From NCBI GenBank assembly GCA_963764725.1, contig CAVXTM010000013.1:22919-86918 (forward strand): a stretch of 64,000 nt of DNA, written 5' to 3'. Shown piece by piece: positions 19,335 through 27,930 of the stretch. Positions within the stretch are counted from its first letter, which is position 1. Each line of letters starts with the position of its first letter. Both the position numbers and the translations under genes were made by a program. The stretch is from an uncultured Gammaproteobacteria bacterium. GTDB lineage: Bacteria > Pseudomonadota > Gammaproteobacteria > JACCXJ01. The notes below the pieces were generated by a model. That model was given only the letters and a program-made list of their open reading frames with translations, was not told where the DNA came from and did not search any database.

Positions 19335-19547
19335 GCCCAACGGAGCGCGGGTTGAGCGGCGCCCCTTGACGGGGGAGGAAAGCGCAGCTTTCCGACCGAG
19401 TCATAGGGGCGAAGCCGCAAGCGCAGCGCCGCGGTGCCGCTCGAACGAGAGTTGGACGGCGCGCTTGACCGGGCGCCGGCGCGCGCAGCGCGACGGGTAC
19501 CCAAGAGCGACGCTCTTGGGCGCTCCGGTCGAAGCGCTGGTTCGGCG
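19335..19547 (-). other. Two fused attC sites with no intervening cassette body
   Basis: GCCGAAC...ggtcaagcgcgcc runs directly into GTCCAAC...GTTGGGC. Confidence 0.8.
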
Positions 19548-19733
19548 TCATAGCATCGGAATCTGGAGATCTCAGCAGATCTTTCGAGCGAGGAAATCGT
19601 TGATCTCTCGATGACGCGGGACGGTCGACGATTTCCCAGTTGCGCGGTTTACGTAGACCGAGTGTCGCGCACCCTCACGCAATAGCGCACAACCACGTTG
19701 TTCAAGATGGCGGATAAGATCAAGGCGCTTCAT
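19548..19733 (-). pseudogene. hicA: HicA toxin with premature TGA
   Basis: MKRLDLIRHLEQRGCALLREGARHSVY...TVPRHREINDFLARKIC*DLQIPML*; first stop at 19572-19574. Confidence 0.82.
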
Positions 19734-19948
19734 TCGGTCGCAATGACCAGCGGCTCTCGAATGACTTCCTTGCCTTGCATCGATTCTTCGGACAACGCGC
19801 GGTTTGCTTCCAGAACTAGCTCGACGGCCTCCGAAAGACTCTCGCGAGCCTCCTCGAGAGTTGGGGCTTGAGTATTCGCCCCCGGCAGTTCCTCAACAAA
19901 CCCAATGTAACCTTCAGGGACTTTTTGAAATACCGCGGTGAGTTTCAC
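19730..19948 (-). CDS. hicB: HicB antitoxin
   Basis: GYIGFVEELPGANTQAPTLEEARESLSEAVELVL. Confidence 0.88.
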   Translation of the reverse strand: MKLTAVFQKVPEGYIGFVEELPGANTQAPTLEEARESLSEAVELVLEANRALSEESMQGKEVIREPLVIATE

Positions 19949-20005
19949 AGTTGACCTCGACTCCTGGTTCAGTGGCCCAAAGTATACCGCCGCACCTTCC
20001 CTGAC

Positions 20006-20078
20006 GCCGAACGTTTAAGTTCACCCGCTTGCGGAAGCGGGCGAAGCCCGCTGTAGCGAGTCCGGTGCAACGAAGGGT
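20006..20078 (-). other. attC site interrupted by a group II intron
   Basis: Plus strand GCCGAAC...ccggtgcaacgaaggGT is followed immediately by the intron 5' end. Confidence 0.8.
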
Positions 20079-20500
20079 GTACGCCCGACATGGGCATGAA
20101 CTAATGGGGTGAAAGTCCCCTGTAGGAGTACCTGTAATGTCCACGTTGTGGACGAATATAACTACTAGCCGACGGCAAGGGCAAGCCCGCGAGGGCTGGT
20201 CTGAAGGAAGCCCGAGCGCAAAGGTGCGAGCCGACGAACAGAAACCGCATAGAAGGCTCAGTCTCCGGGCGAGTCAGCACAAGATGACGAAGCCTACCGG
20301 GTACGGGAGATGGGGTAAATGCGGCGGTTGTGCACCGATAGTGGATGCGCGCCGTCCGTGGCGCGCCCCCTTCGGGCGTGCTTCGCACGTCCCGTTTCTT
20401 TCCCGAAGAAACGGTCATGTTCTTATTCGGGGAGATCTGCCTGGCATGCGGCCGGGAGGGGGAGCCGCACTTATCTCAGCATGGGCGGTGCCGGTGACCA
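20079..20500 (+). mobile_element. 5' part of a second group IIC-attC intron
   Basis: Near-identical to 16191-16382 and continues to gttcttattcggggagatct; no ORF or DV; right limit approximate. Confidence 0.85.
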
Positions 20501-21451
20501 CTCAGCGCGATAGCCACGCCACAGCCAACGCATCGCGTCAGGGAAGATCGCCGCACCATGGCGACCACTGTGGGTGCCTTCGCCCATCACTAACTGGTAG
20601 TCGTATCCCTGCATTGCCAGGGCAGCAGACATCGCTCGGTTTCCCTCTGGCCAGTTGAGGCCCGTGAAAGGGCCGGCGAGTTCATCGTTGACACCGTCTT
20701 GCAGGAATACGCGCAAGGGCTTGCGTGGGTTCTGCCGGATGATGTCAGGATAGGCACCGCCACCGCGAATGTTCACAAAGCTGCCGTTGGCGGAGAAGAC
20801 CTTTCGAAACTGATCCGGTCGATGCCAGGCGACGGTGAACGCGCAAATGCCCCCACTACTGCGGCCGGCGATTCCCCGGCCCTCCGGATTGTCGGTGATC
20901 CGCACGCGCCGCTTCACTTCCGGAAGAATCTCGGATAGGAGAAACCGGGCGTACTCGTCACTCACCGTATCGTATTCGTAGGATCGTTGCTCACTCGGCA
21001 GTGCTGTGGGCCGAATGGGTTGTCCGGGGTTGACAAACACCGCCGCCATCACTGGCAGTTCCTTTCGGTGGATCAGATTGTCCAGAACGACGGGGACGCG
21101 CCACTCGCCGTCGGACTGCACGAACCGCAAGTAGCCCCCGTCCTGAAACACCATCAAGGCGATTGGCGTCTTCCCGTCGTACTGCGCTGGCACGTACAGC
21201 CACCACTTGTGCGAGTAGCCCGGATACGTCTTCGAATCTGAAAGGATGAACTCGGACACAGTTCCGACCGGGACACCCGCCTGCGACAAGGAGTCAGGGC
21301 CGAGAACGTATCGATCGTCGGGCGACGGCGCCTTGGACGACGGCGCGGTTTGCGCCAGACCAGCCGGCGGCATGGTGATGATCCACGCACAGGCGAACAG
21401 CATGGCGAGGAACGGGAGTGTGACGGGCCTGGTGATAGACGTCTTGCCCAT
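20471..21451 (-). CDS. Secreted alpha/beta hydrolase (enterochelin-esterase-like), cassette
   Basis: LMVFQDG, GRSSGG nucleophile elbow, GEGTHSG, FPDAMRWLW. Confidence 0.85.
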   Translation of the reverse strand: MGKTSITRPVTLPFLAMLFACAWIITMPPAGLAQTAPSSKAPSPDDRYVLGPDSLSQAGVPVGTVSEFILSDSKTYPGYSHKWWLYVPAQYDGKTPIALMVFQDGGYLRFVQSDGEWRVPVVLDNLIHRKELPVMAAVFVNPGQPIRPTALPSEQRSYEYDTVSDEYARFLLSEILPEVKRRVRITDNPEGRGIAGRSSGGICAFTVAWHRPDQFRKVFSANGSFVNIRGGGAYPDIIRQNPRKPLRVFLQDGVNDELAGPFTGLNWPEGNRAMSAALAMQGYDYQLVMGEGTHSGRHGAAIFPDAMRWLWRGYRAEWSPAPPMLR

Positions 21452-21524
21452 GTGGACAGCCTCCGTGGCATCCGAGTGTGGTGTCCGTCGCAGCATTCGG
21501 ACATCAGCCCGTCAGCCGTTGTCC

Positions 21525-22045
21525 GCCCAACGAATAAGCATTTATCCGTTGTGCGCAGGCGAGATACGCGAAACCGGCTCGGGCGCTAGCGCGCATGACG
21601 GATAAATGTCTGTTGGACTAAACCGCGACGGCACCGGGATTGTCAGTCTGGATCAGTTTGCTTATATAAGGGGATTGTATTCCCGGATAGGGAGTTTGTG
21701 GAAGTCGCAGGCGTGTAGGACGGATGGGTGGGTGGCCTCGGGCGGGAAAGCAGTTGCGTTTTGGCCGGTTCGTGCGGGCAATTTGCGTGCGTGATCGTGG
21801 CTTTCTTACGGTCAAGGCGAGCGCATTCCCAGACCGCTCGGGGCCTGTCGAAAAGCCGGCTTTGTGTGCGCTTGGGCTGGTCAGGTGTCAGTGGTCAGCC
21901 TCCGTCAAAGCGTTTCGGCGCCAGGTGAGCGGTGATCCGCAGGTGGCCCTTCCGGCACAGCGGACAGGGGTAGCCGTCGAAAGGGGCTTGGCGTTCGCCA
22001 CTGGCGGTCGGCTCGGGGGGCTGCTGCGCAGCGCTGGACATGCAA
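21525..22045 (-). mobile_element. 3' remnant of IS91-like element with terminal attC-like hairpin (21525-21618)
   Basis: Colinear with 27931-28440; encodes PFDGYPCPLCRKGHLRITAHLAPKRFDGG*. Confidence 0.88.
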
Positions 22046-22059
22046 ACACCCGCTTCACT

Positions 22060-22383
22060 TTACCGTTGCTCACCCCGAGAGATGCCTAATAAACTACCCC
22101 CTCTCGAATACCCAGACCGCTTTGAGCTCCGCTACGTCAGCCACAATGGCGGTATCCGCTGGAATCACCAGTGGGTCAATGTTTCCATTACCTGCGCCGG
22201 AGAATACGTAGGCCTCGAAGAGATCGATGAGGGCGTCTGGAACGTGTATTTCGGACCGCTCAAACTCGGACGCCTACTCGAAAGACACATGCGCATCGAG
22301 GATGCCTTCGGACGGCTTTCACGACATAATGTCGTAACCCATGTCTCCGGACTTTTCTGTTACCTATCTCCCCGACCGCTCAG
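22060..22383 (+). mobile_element. IS481-family 3' remnant
   Basis: EYPDRFELRYVSHNGGIRW...GEYVGLEEIDEGVWNVYFGPLKLG, then repeated end motifs gtaacccatgtctccgga / tgttacctatctccccga. Confidence 0.75.
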
Positions 22384-23135
22384 CGCCGACCCCTGCTTCT
22401 TTGATTCTGCGAGCCCGCGAAGTCTCTGCTCCAAACGGTCCTTGAGCTCCTTCGACCCTCGAAAAACGATGACAGTGTAGTCCTTTAGGTCGAATTCAAG
22501 CTTCGTACCTTCACGAGCATGTAGCTGGGCGTCTCTTGAGCCCTTGCGCGTAACCAGCTTCAAGAAGACGTTGGGACCGCCCCCGTGAGATCTGCGATCA
22601 CATATTCGGCTCTTCGGATCGACTCAAGGATTCGATCGGTGATGCGCTCATTCGATTGAGGCTCATCGACCCGCTCAGCATGTATTCCGCAACGTTTCGC
22701 TGCCTCCTTGATCGCGTGAGAACGTCACCCATGAGGGTCACCGACGACAATTGGCATAGCGATGAAGGCGTAGCCCTTTCGCACATCGGCATCGACCTCA
22801 ACCTTGGGCTCGACCTCCGCCGGCTCTCTGGAGCCAGACTGAAGCTGTCCGATCGTCTCATCGATCACGTCCGTGATGATGGGAACCATGCTCCTGAGAT
22901 ACGGCGGATCGAAGATCATGTCGAAAGGATCGACGTTTCGCATAACGAGACCACCAACAGCGGGCGGTGGCGAAATCGTGAGAGTCTTGAAGCACCCGGC
23001 CTCGATCACCTCGCGGCGAACCCATGCTTTGGTCTGATTAATTTGCCTCCGATCATCTTGCTCGTGATGTTTCTGCCAGGCCATGAGCAGCGCCCTAAAC
23101 TGCTCGAGCCGCGCGATCTTTTCGTCAATGTCCAC
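22384..23135 (-). pseudogene. Frameshifted cassette gene with C-terminal nucleoside-deoxyribosyltransferase-like domain
   Basis: Across frames: YAFIAMPI / AERVDEPQSNERITDRILESIRRAEYVIADLTG..EAGYAQG / EGTKLEFDLKDY. Confidence 0.72.
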
Positions 23136-23153
23136 GATGACGGTTCCAGTGGG

Positions 23154-23216
23154 GCCTAACGACCAAGCTCACCGGGCGCGACCATAGGAGCGCTCCGGTG
23201 CAGCGCCTTGTTAGCC
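23154..23216 (-). other. attC site
   Basis: GGCTAAC...GTTAGGC, canonical short attC. Confidence 0.9.
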
Positions 23217-23226
23217 TCTTTGTTGG

Positions 23227-23679
23227 TTATGTCCACACCAAAACACCAAGCCATAGGCTTGCAACGAAAAGTGGAAATAAGAACAGGAGCGACGTTTGCC
23301 TGAAGTGAAGGAAGCTCTTACGAACAGAAACCTCGAAATCAAACCCTTGCCGAAGAAATTTATCCTTTACTCGTTCCTCCACGGTAGTTGTTCTCTTTCC
23401 GTGCTTCCTCATTGAAACGTAATCTTCCGCCCCCATTAATGCCCAAATACCAGCTACTACTACACCGACGATTGGGACTCCGTAAGCCAAGAACGGTTGT
23501 GTTGCTATTTTTTCGATTTGGCTAAGAAAGAAACCAAGAATTGCGATCTGTAATGTCAGAAACCAATTAAATCTATTCCATACGCGGTCTGAATACTCGC
23601 TCAGAGCCGTCATTCGGACTTCATAGTAATGAATGAGGTCGCTAAGCGCGGCCTCGTTCTCTGTTTCCTGGTTATCCAC
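23227..23679 (-). CDS. Small three-TM membrane protein (RipA/Rip1-like pattern), cassette
   Basis: Amphipathic N-helix, WNRFNWFLTLQIAILGFF, second TM, coiled segment, C-terminal TM; lower GC. Confidence 0.6.
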   Translation of the reverse strand: MDNQETENEAALSDLIHYYEVRMTALSEYSDRVWNRFNWFLTLQIAILGFFLSQIEKIATQPFLAYGVPIVGVVVAGIWALMGAEDYVSMRKHGKRTTTVEERVKDKFLRQGFDFEVSVRKSFLHFRQTSLLFLFPLFVASLWLGVLVWT

Positions 23680-23697
23680 TTTCTTGCATCTTTGTGA

Positions 23698-23822
23698 GGC
23701 TAACGGAGCGCGAGTTGAGCGGCGGCGGCCCTTGACGGGGGAGGAAAGCGCAGCTTTCCGACCGAGTCATAGGGCGAAGCCGCAAGCGCAGCGCCGCGGT
23801 GCCGCTCGAACGAGAGTTGGAC
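23698..23822 (-). other. Long attC (family repeated at 19335 and 24650)
   Basis: GTCCAAC-tctc-gttcgagcggc...gccgctcaac-tcgcgctcc-GTTAGCC. Confidence 0.85.
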
Positions 23823-23979
23823 GGCGCACAGCGCCGGACAACTTGACGTGAGACAACTCGCGCTCCGTTGGTTGGCGCGCGCTTAGCGCCGTCGCGATCG
23901 CGGTTATCAAGGCCTGTGATCCTATCCACGCTCATCTCCCGTTCTAAAGGCTGTGGCCCCGGCGCTGCGCGCCGACCAA
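23823..23979 (-). other. Gene-less cassette body
   Basis: About 157 bp between two attC sites, no convincing ORF, long terminal inverted repeats. Confidence 0.7.
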
Positions 23980-24037
23980 CGAATAAGCTCACCGGCGCGC
24001 CGCTTTTTGGCGCGTCCGGTGGAGCGCTTTGTTGGGC
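23974..24037 (-). other. attC site
   Basis: GCCCAAC...GTTGGTC, arms ccaccggacgcgcc / ggcgcgccggtg. Confidence 0.88.
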
Positions 24038-24165
24038 GTTCTGGCTTGAACTTTAGAAAAGAAGGCGACAATCTCCGCAGGAGACTTGCCGGCTAAGATA
24101 CGAGCTTGCTCGTCGCGAACCTTGCGAAAAAATGCAACCGAATGAAATTCAGTTTTCCGTGGCAT
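23989..24165 (-). CDS. Small putative antitoxin partner of the PIN protein
   Basis: MPRKTEFHSVAFFRKVRDEQARILAGKSPAEIVAFF; overlaps the PIN stop and reads into the attC. Confidence 0.6.
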   Translation of the reverse strand: MPRKTEFHSVAFFRKVRDEQARILAGKSPAEIVAFFSKVQARTPNKALHRTRQKAARR

Positions 24166-24619
24166 GGCTGATGACCTCCCGCGGGGAGTAAATGGTAAGT
24201 GGTTTGTAACCCTGTTCGATATTGACCGCGTTAAACGAGCGAATTTTATCGAGGCGCACGATATGCTTGAAATTCCAACTGACGAGTACATCGACCTCCG
24301 CAATAGTGGCCAACGCGATGTGCAGCATGTCGTTGATGAATCTTTGTCCCAGGACGCTGCGCTCCACGTAACCTTGAACCAGAGACACGGCTTCTTCGTT
24401 GACGCGGATTAGCTCGCTAGGCAAGCCGAGCAATTCCTGGTGCAGAGATCTCACAAAATCAGGAGCAGGGATGACTTCTGCGGCGGTAACGTCGGAGACC
24501 ACCGCGACATATCGACCCTGCCGGAAATCTTCCATCAAGCTTTCCGACCAAACCCGGAACTCGGGATCAAAGCATCCGCCAATCACGGAGGTGTCAAGGT
24601 AAATGCGTAGCTTTTTCAC
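24149..24619 (-). CDS. PIN-domain (VapC-like) protein, cassette
   Basis: IYLDTSVIGGCFDPEF, DMLHIALAT, LVSWNFKHIV. Confidence 0.88.
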   Translation of the reverse strand: MKKLRIYLDTSVIGGCFDPEFRVWSESLMEDFRQGRYVAVVSDVTAAEVIPAPDFVRSLHQELLGLPSELIRVNEEAVSLVQGYVERSVLGQRFINDMLHIALATIAEVDVLVSWNFKHIVRLDKIRSFNAVNIEQGYKPLTIYSPREVISHATEN

Positions 24620-24649
24620 CCGAGCAGTCTAGCATCGGGCAGGCTCGAC

Positions 24650-24780
24650 GCCCAACGGAGCGCGAGTTGAGCGGCGGCCCTTGACGGGGAAGGAAAGCGC
24701 AGCTTTCCGACCGAGTCATAGGGGCGAAGCCGCAAGCGCAGCGCGGCTGTTTGGGCGTCTGGTTCAGCGTGTTGTTGGGC
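24650..24780 (-). other. Chimeric attC
   Basis: 24650-24744 matches the long attC family; the other arm (GCCCAAC-aacacgctgaaccagacgccc) is unrelated and not complementary. Confidence 0.75.
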
Positions 24781-24854
24781 GGCTTCACGGTCCGCTGATG
24801 GAGGATACCCGCCCACCCGGAACAAAACCGCGCGCTCATGCACTCCCTCGAAGA

Positions 24855-25658
24855 CCTGGCAGCAGGACTGGAACGTCAACTGCCAGGCCGTCCCCCGTGC
24901 CGAGGTTTCGATCGCCTATCTCGCTCCCTCCGTCTTCAAGGTGGCTATCTCGGATCACCGCATCCTCAAGGTCGAGGACGGACGGGTCTCCTTCTCCTAC
25001 AAAAAAACCGGTAGCGCTCGGTCGCGGACCCTGACCCTCGACGCCTTGGAGTTCATCCGCCGTTTCCTACACCACGTGTTGCCCAAAGGCTTTATGAAAG
25101 TCCGCTATTACGGCTTCCTCTCGCCCACCGCCAAGGTGCCCTTGGAGGACATCAAGGCCCTGGTCGAACTGGCCCATGGCTTCACCGTGACCGTGCCCGA
25201 GATTCGAGCTACCACCTTGGCCACAACCGACCTGTCAGGACTGCGGGGGACCACTCCGCTTCCACAGCTCACGGCGCATCCGCCGCCGCCCATTGATGCC
25301 ACAAACGTCGGACCACCCGGCTCGACACGATCTCCAGCCCATGTGTAGCCCATAGCAACTTGCAAACGCCCGCGCTGCCGCCCGGTGTCTTCTTCGGGTC
25401 ACGGCCTCCCTTTGCCTGCTACCCCTAATTCGCACCCTGAAAGGCATTATTAACAGGTCCCTAAATCCGATTACGATACCCAACACCCAGATCCGACCGC
25501 CCTCTACTTCGGCTATCTCCAGCTCCCGATGCCCATAGCCACCACATCGCCCACCCTTCACCGAAGCAATCCCTTAATAAAGAACCCACCCAACACCGGG
25601 CTTCTTGAACATTGGATTGAAACGACCATCCATGGTCGTCTCAATCCTTACTGGTTAG
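24855..25658 (+). mobile_element. 3' remnant of a second IS91-like element, inverted relative to the array, with terminal hairpin 25604-25658
   Basis: WQQDWNVNCQ...YLAPSVFKVAISDHRI...EFIRRFLHHVLPKGFMKVRYYGFLS; CTTGAAC-att-GGATTGAAACGACCAT/ATGGTCGTCTCAATCC-ttactg-GTTAG. Confidence 0.85.
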
Positions 25659-27296
25659 TCCCTTATCCATGAAATCTTGTGCAAAAAAGCAAAGAGTGTC
25701 ATGCGGTAGCGGTATTGAGAGCAGGCATGACTACATACTCTCGGATAGCGAGTGCGGTGCTGAGCACACGGCGACCGAATGTCGTGAGATAGTACTTGTA
25801 GCGATGTCCGATCTTTCTTGATGAGGCCATGGGTGCGCAAGCGTTTCAGCCAGTAGGAGGCACGGCCGGTGGAGAGATCCCGGAGATGGGCTCGGAGATC
25901 GGAGGCACGAAAGCCGCTGATGTTCCACTCCCCGCGGGCGAGGGTGATAAAAAGGCTATGGTCTTCACGGAGGAACAGATTGAAGCCCCGATAGGAGCGG
26001 TCTTTCTCGTACGGGTTTGGCCCTTTTGTCGATGGCGTGCAGAGCTGCATTGGGGTTATCGATGCTGGCCATGAAGCTGAGATAGCGTTCATTGGCAGCA
26101 TGCATCAGCTCTCGCAGATCGGGGAGGCTATAGATGTTTTTTCGCAGGGGTGCGAGTTTGAATTGCTTGCGCCCATTGCGTTGTTCCACCCAACGGTGGT
26201 GTTTGAAGAAGGAGACATCGTTGGCGGTGCATTCCACCCGTGCCATGAGACCGAATTTATCGTAGAGCTTGAGGCTAGCTGGTCCCATATGGTGGCGGAT
26301 GCGTGTACCCTGAATGCGGGTGTGAAAATCATTACCGGCCTCCCCGGTGAAGGCCGAGGTGAGTTTGCGTCCCAAGAAGGTGGCGACGTGTTCTGCCTTG
26401 ATGGCCTGGCACGGCGGTACGCACGATGGCTTGATAGAGGGGTTGGAAATCGGCCTGGCGACGGAAGATGACATCGGTCGAGAACTCCACCTGCATGAAG
26501 CTCCAGTGATAACCAGCGCGAAACTGACCCAAGATAGGACAGAAGCTTTTCGCCCATCTGTCCAAACGCCGATGCAAGCCTTTGGGATCGAGGCTATCGG
26601 CAAGCGCCTGAGCCTGTTGGGGATCGCCGATGGACAAGAAGGCATTATCGGCTCGCTCAAAGGCGATCCCCGCCTTTGCCAGTCGGTGGGCCAACCAGTG
26701 ATGGCCGTTCAAGTAGACCTGCAGGCGAAACGGTGCCCAGGTGGGTACTCGGACATAACAGAGCCCGAAGATCTCATCGATGAAATAGAAGTAATAATGC
26801 AAACACTTGCCCGGGGTAGACTTCAAACGGGTCGTATGCTGAAGCTTGTCATGCCAGGGGCGATACGAAGGACAGGCCTCCATCGCCGAGAAGATATGCA
26901 CCAGCCCCGGGTGCTCACCGCGCAAAGCCAAAATCGCTTTGATCCGTTCTTCTTTACGAAACGCCTTGTAATGACGGATGAATTCAATTTCCAAACACGC
27001 CTCAGCGGCCAGCCGCTCGGCATGGGTCCGAAGCTCCTCGCGCAGCGGTCTGCCCAGCGGGGGTAGTCAAACAGACGGATCCCCCGAGTACTCAGGTACC
27101 GGGCCATGGCCTCGGCATGGGCGATCTCCGGAAGCGTGCCGGTGATCACGATACGGTCAAAGCAACTCAGCACCGCGGCGATCTTCTCTTGATGGCGTTC
27201 AACAAAGGGATTCATGGCGACGACCCATCTCAGTTTTTATTGCCCATCCGCCAGAATAGTACATTCAACACTTTGGTTCCGGCTATGCCGGGTTAG
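25659..27296 (-). mobile_element. Unclassified IS-like element flanked by GGTTAG repeats; frameshifted putative transposase 25699-27215
   Basis: Overlapping ORF pieces join into one ~500 aa protein (CFDRIVITGTL, CLHYYFYFID, LKLYDKFGLMARVE, C-terminal wHTH-like LKRLRTHGLIKK); GGTTAG at 25653-25658 and 27291-27296; no TIR. Confidence 0.75.
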
Positions 27297-27906
27297 GGCA
27301 CACTACACTCGAAGTAGCCATTGCGTTGGGTGCTTGTTGGGCACCAAGTTGCCATGTTGACTACGTACGAACTGGGTCGCACAGACCGCGCTTTTCCTAG
27401 CCCGTCCTCGGCCTCGGCCCGAGACACATAGACCATAACGCTTCGGAACGAACCAGCTCGACGGAAGATCTCGCCGGGTCCAATGCCCATGCGCTCAGCC
27501 GTCTTGGTGGCTTCATGCTGAGCGGCTTCCAACGATGTATCACCGCCAAAGACGACACCCAAGTGCCTGCTGGATCTACAGTCGGAGGCTGCGATGGCGT
27601 GGCTGATGCGACGGCCGGGAGTGCTGTGCTCTGCACGAGAGCCTCGGCCGTCTCCTTGGGCATTGGAACTCCGGAAAACCTGTCGATTACGGCGACCGCC
27701 CACCTTCGTAGGTTCTTGGAGTCCGCGCTTTGGTTCGTACCTGGCTCCTTCGTGAGGATGGTGGTGGCCAACTCGACGAACTTTGTTTCGCTTTCTCGTT
27801 GCTTGTTGGCGGTGGCAACCTGATTGCCCAAATAGGCAACGGCGAGCGGGATCATGACCGCTGCGACAACTTTGCTGGCGACTTCAAGCTTTTGCCAACC
27901 GTCCAT
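27293..27906 (-). pseudogene. Membrane-anchored protein with C-terminal SPOR-like domain, frameshift near 27558, cassette
   Basis: MDGWQKLEVASKVVAAVMIPLAVAYLG...AGTW continues in another frame as GVVFGGDTSLEAA...; stop lies in CCCTAAC. Confidence 0.65.
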
Positions 27907-27930
27907 TCGTGAACCCCTGGGGATTGTGCG

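Noticed and set aside
19335-19400. TTGACG in the long attC family as a promoter
   Set aside because: No acceptable -10 element at 16-18 bp spacing
16191-20500. Intron pieces as a retron or DGR
   Set aside because: No RT domain is present, and ends and target match group IIC-attC introns
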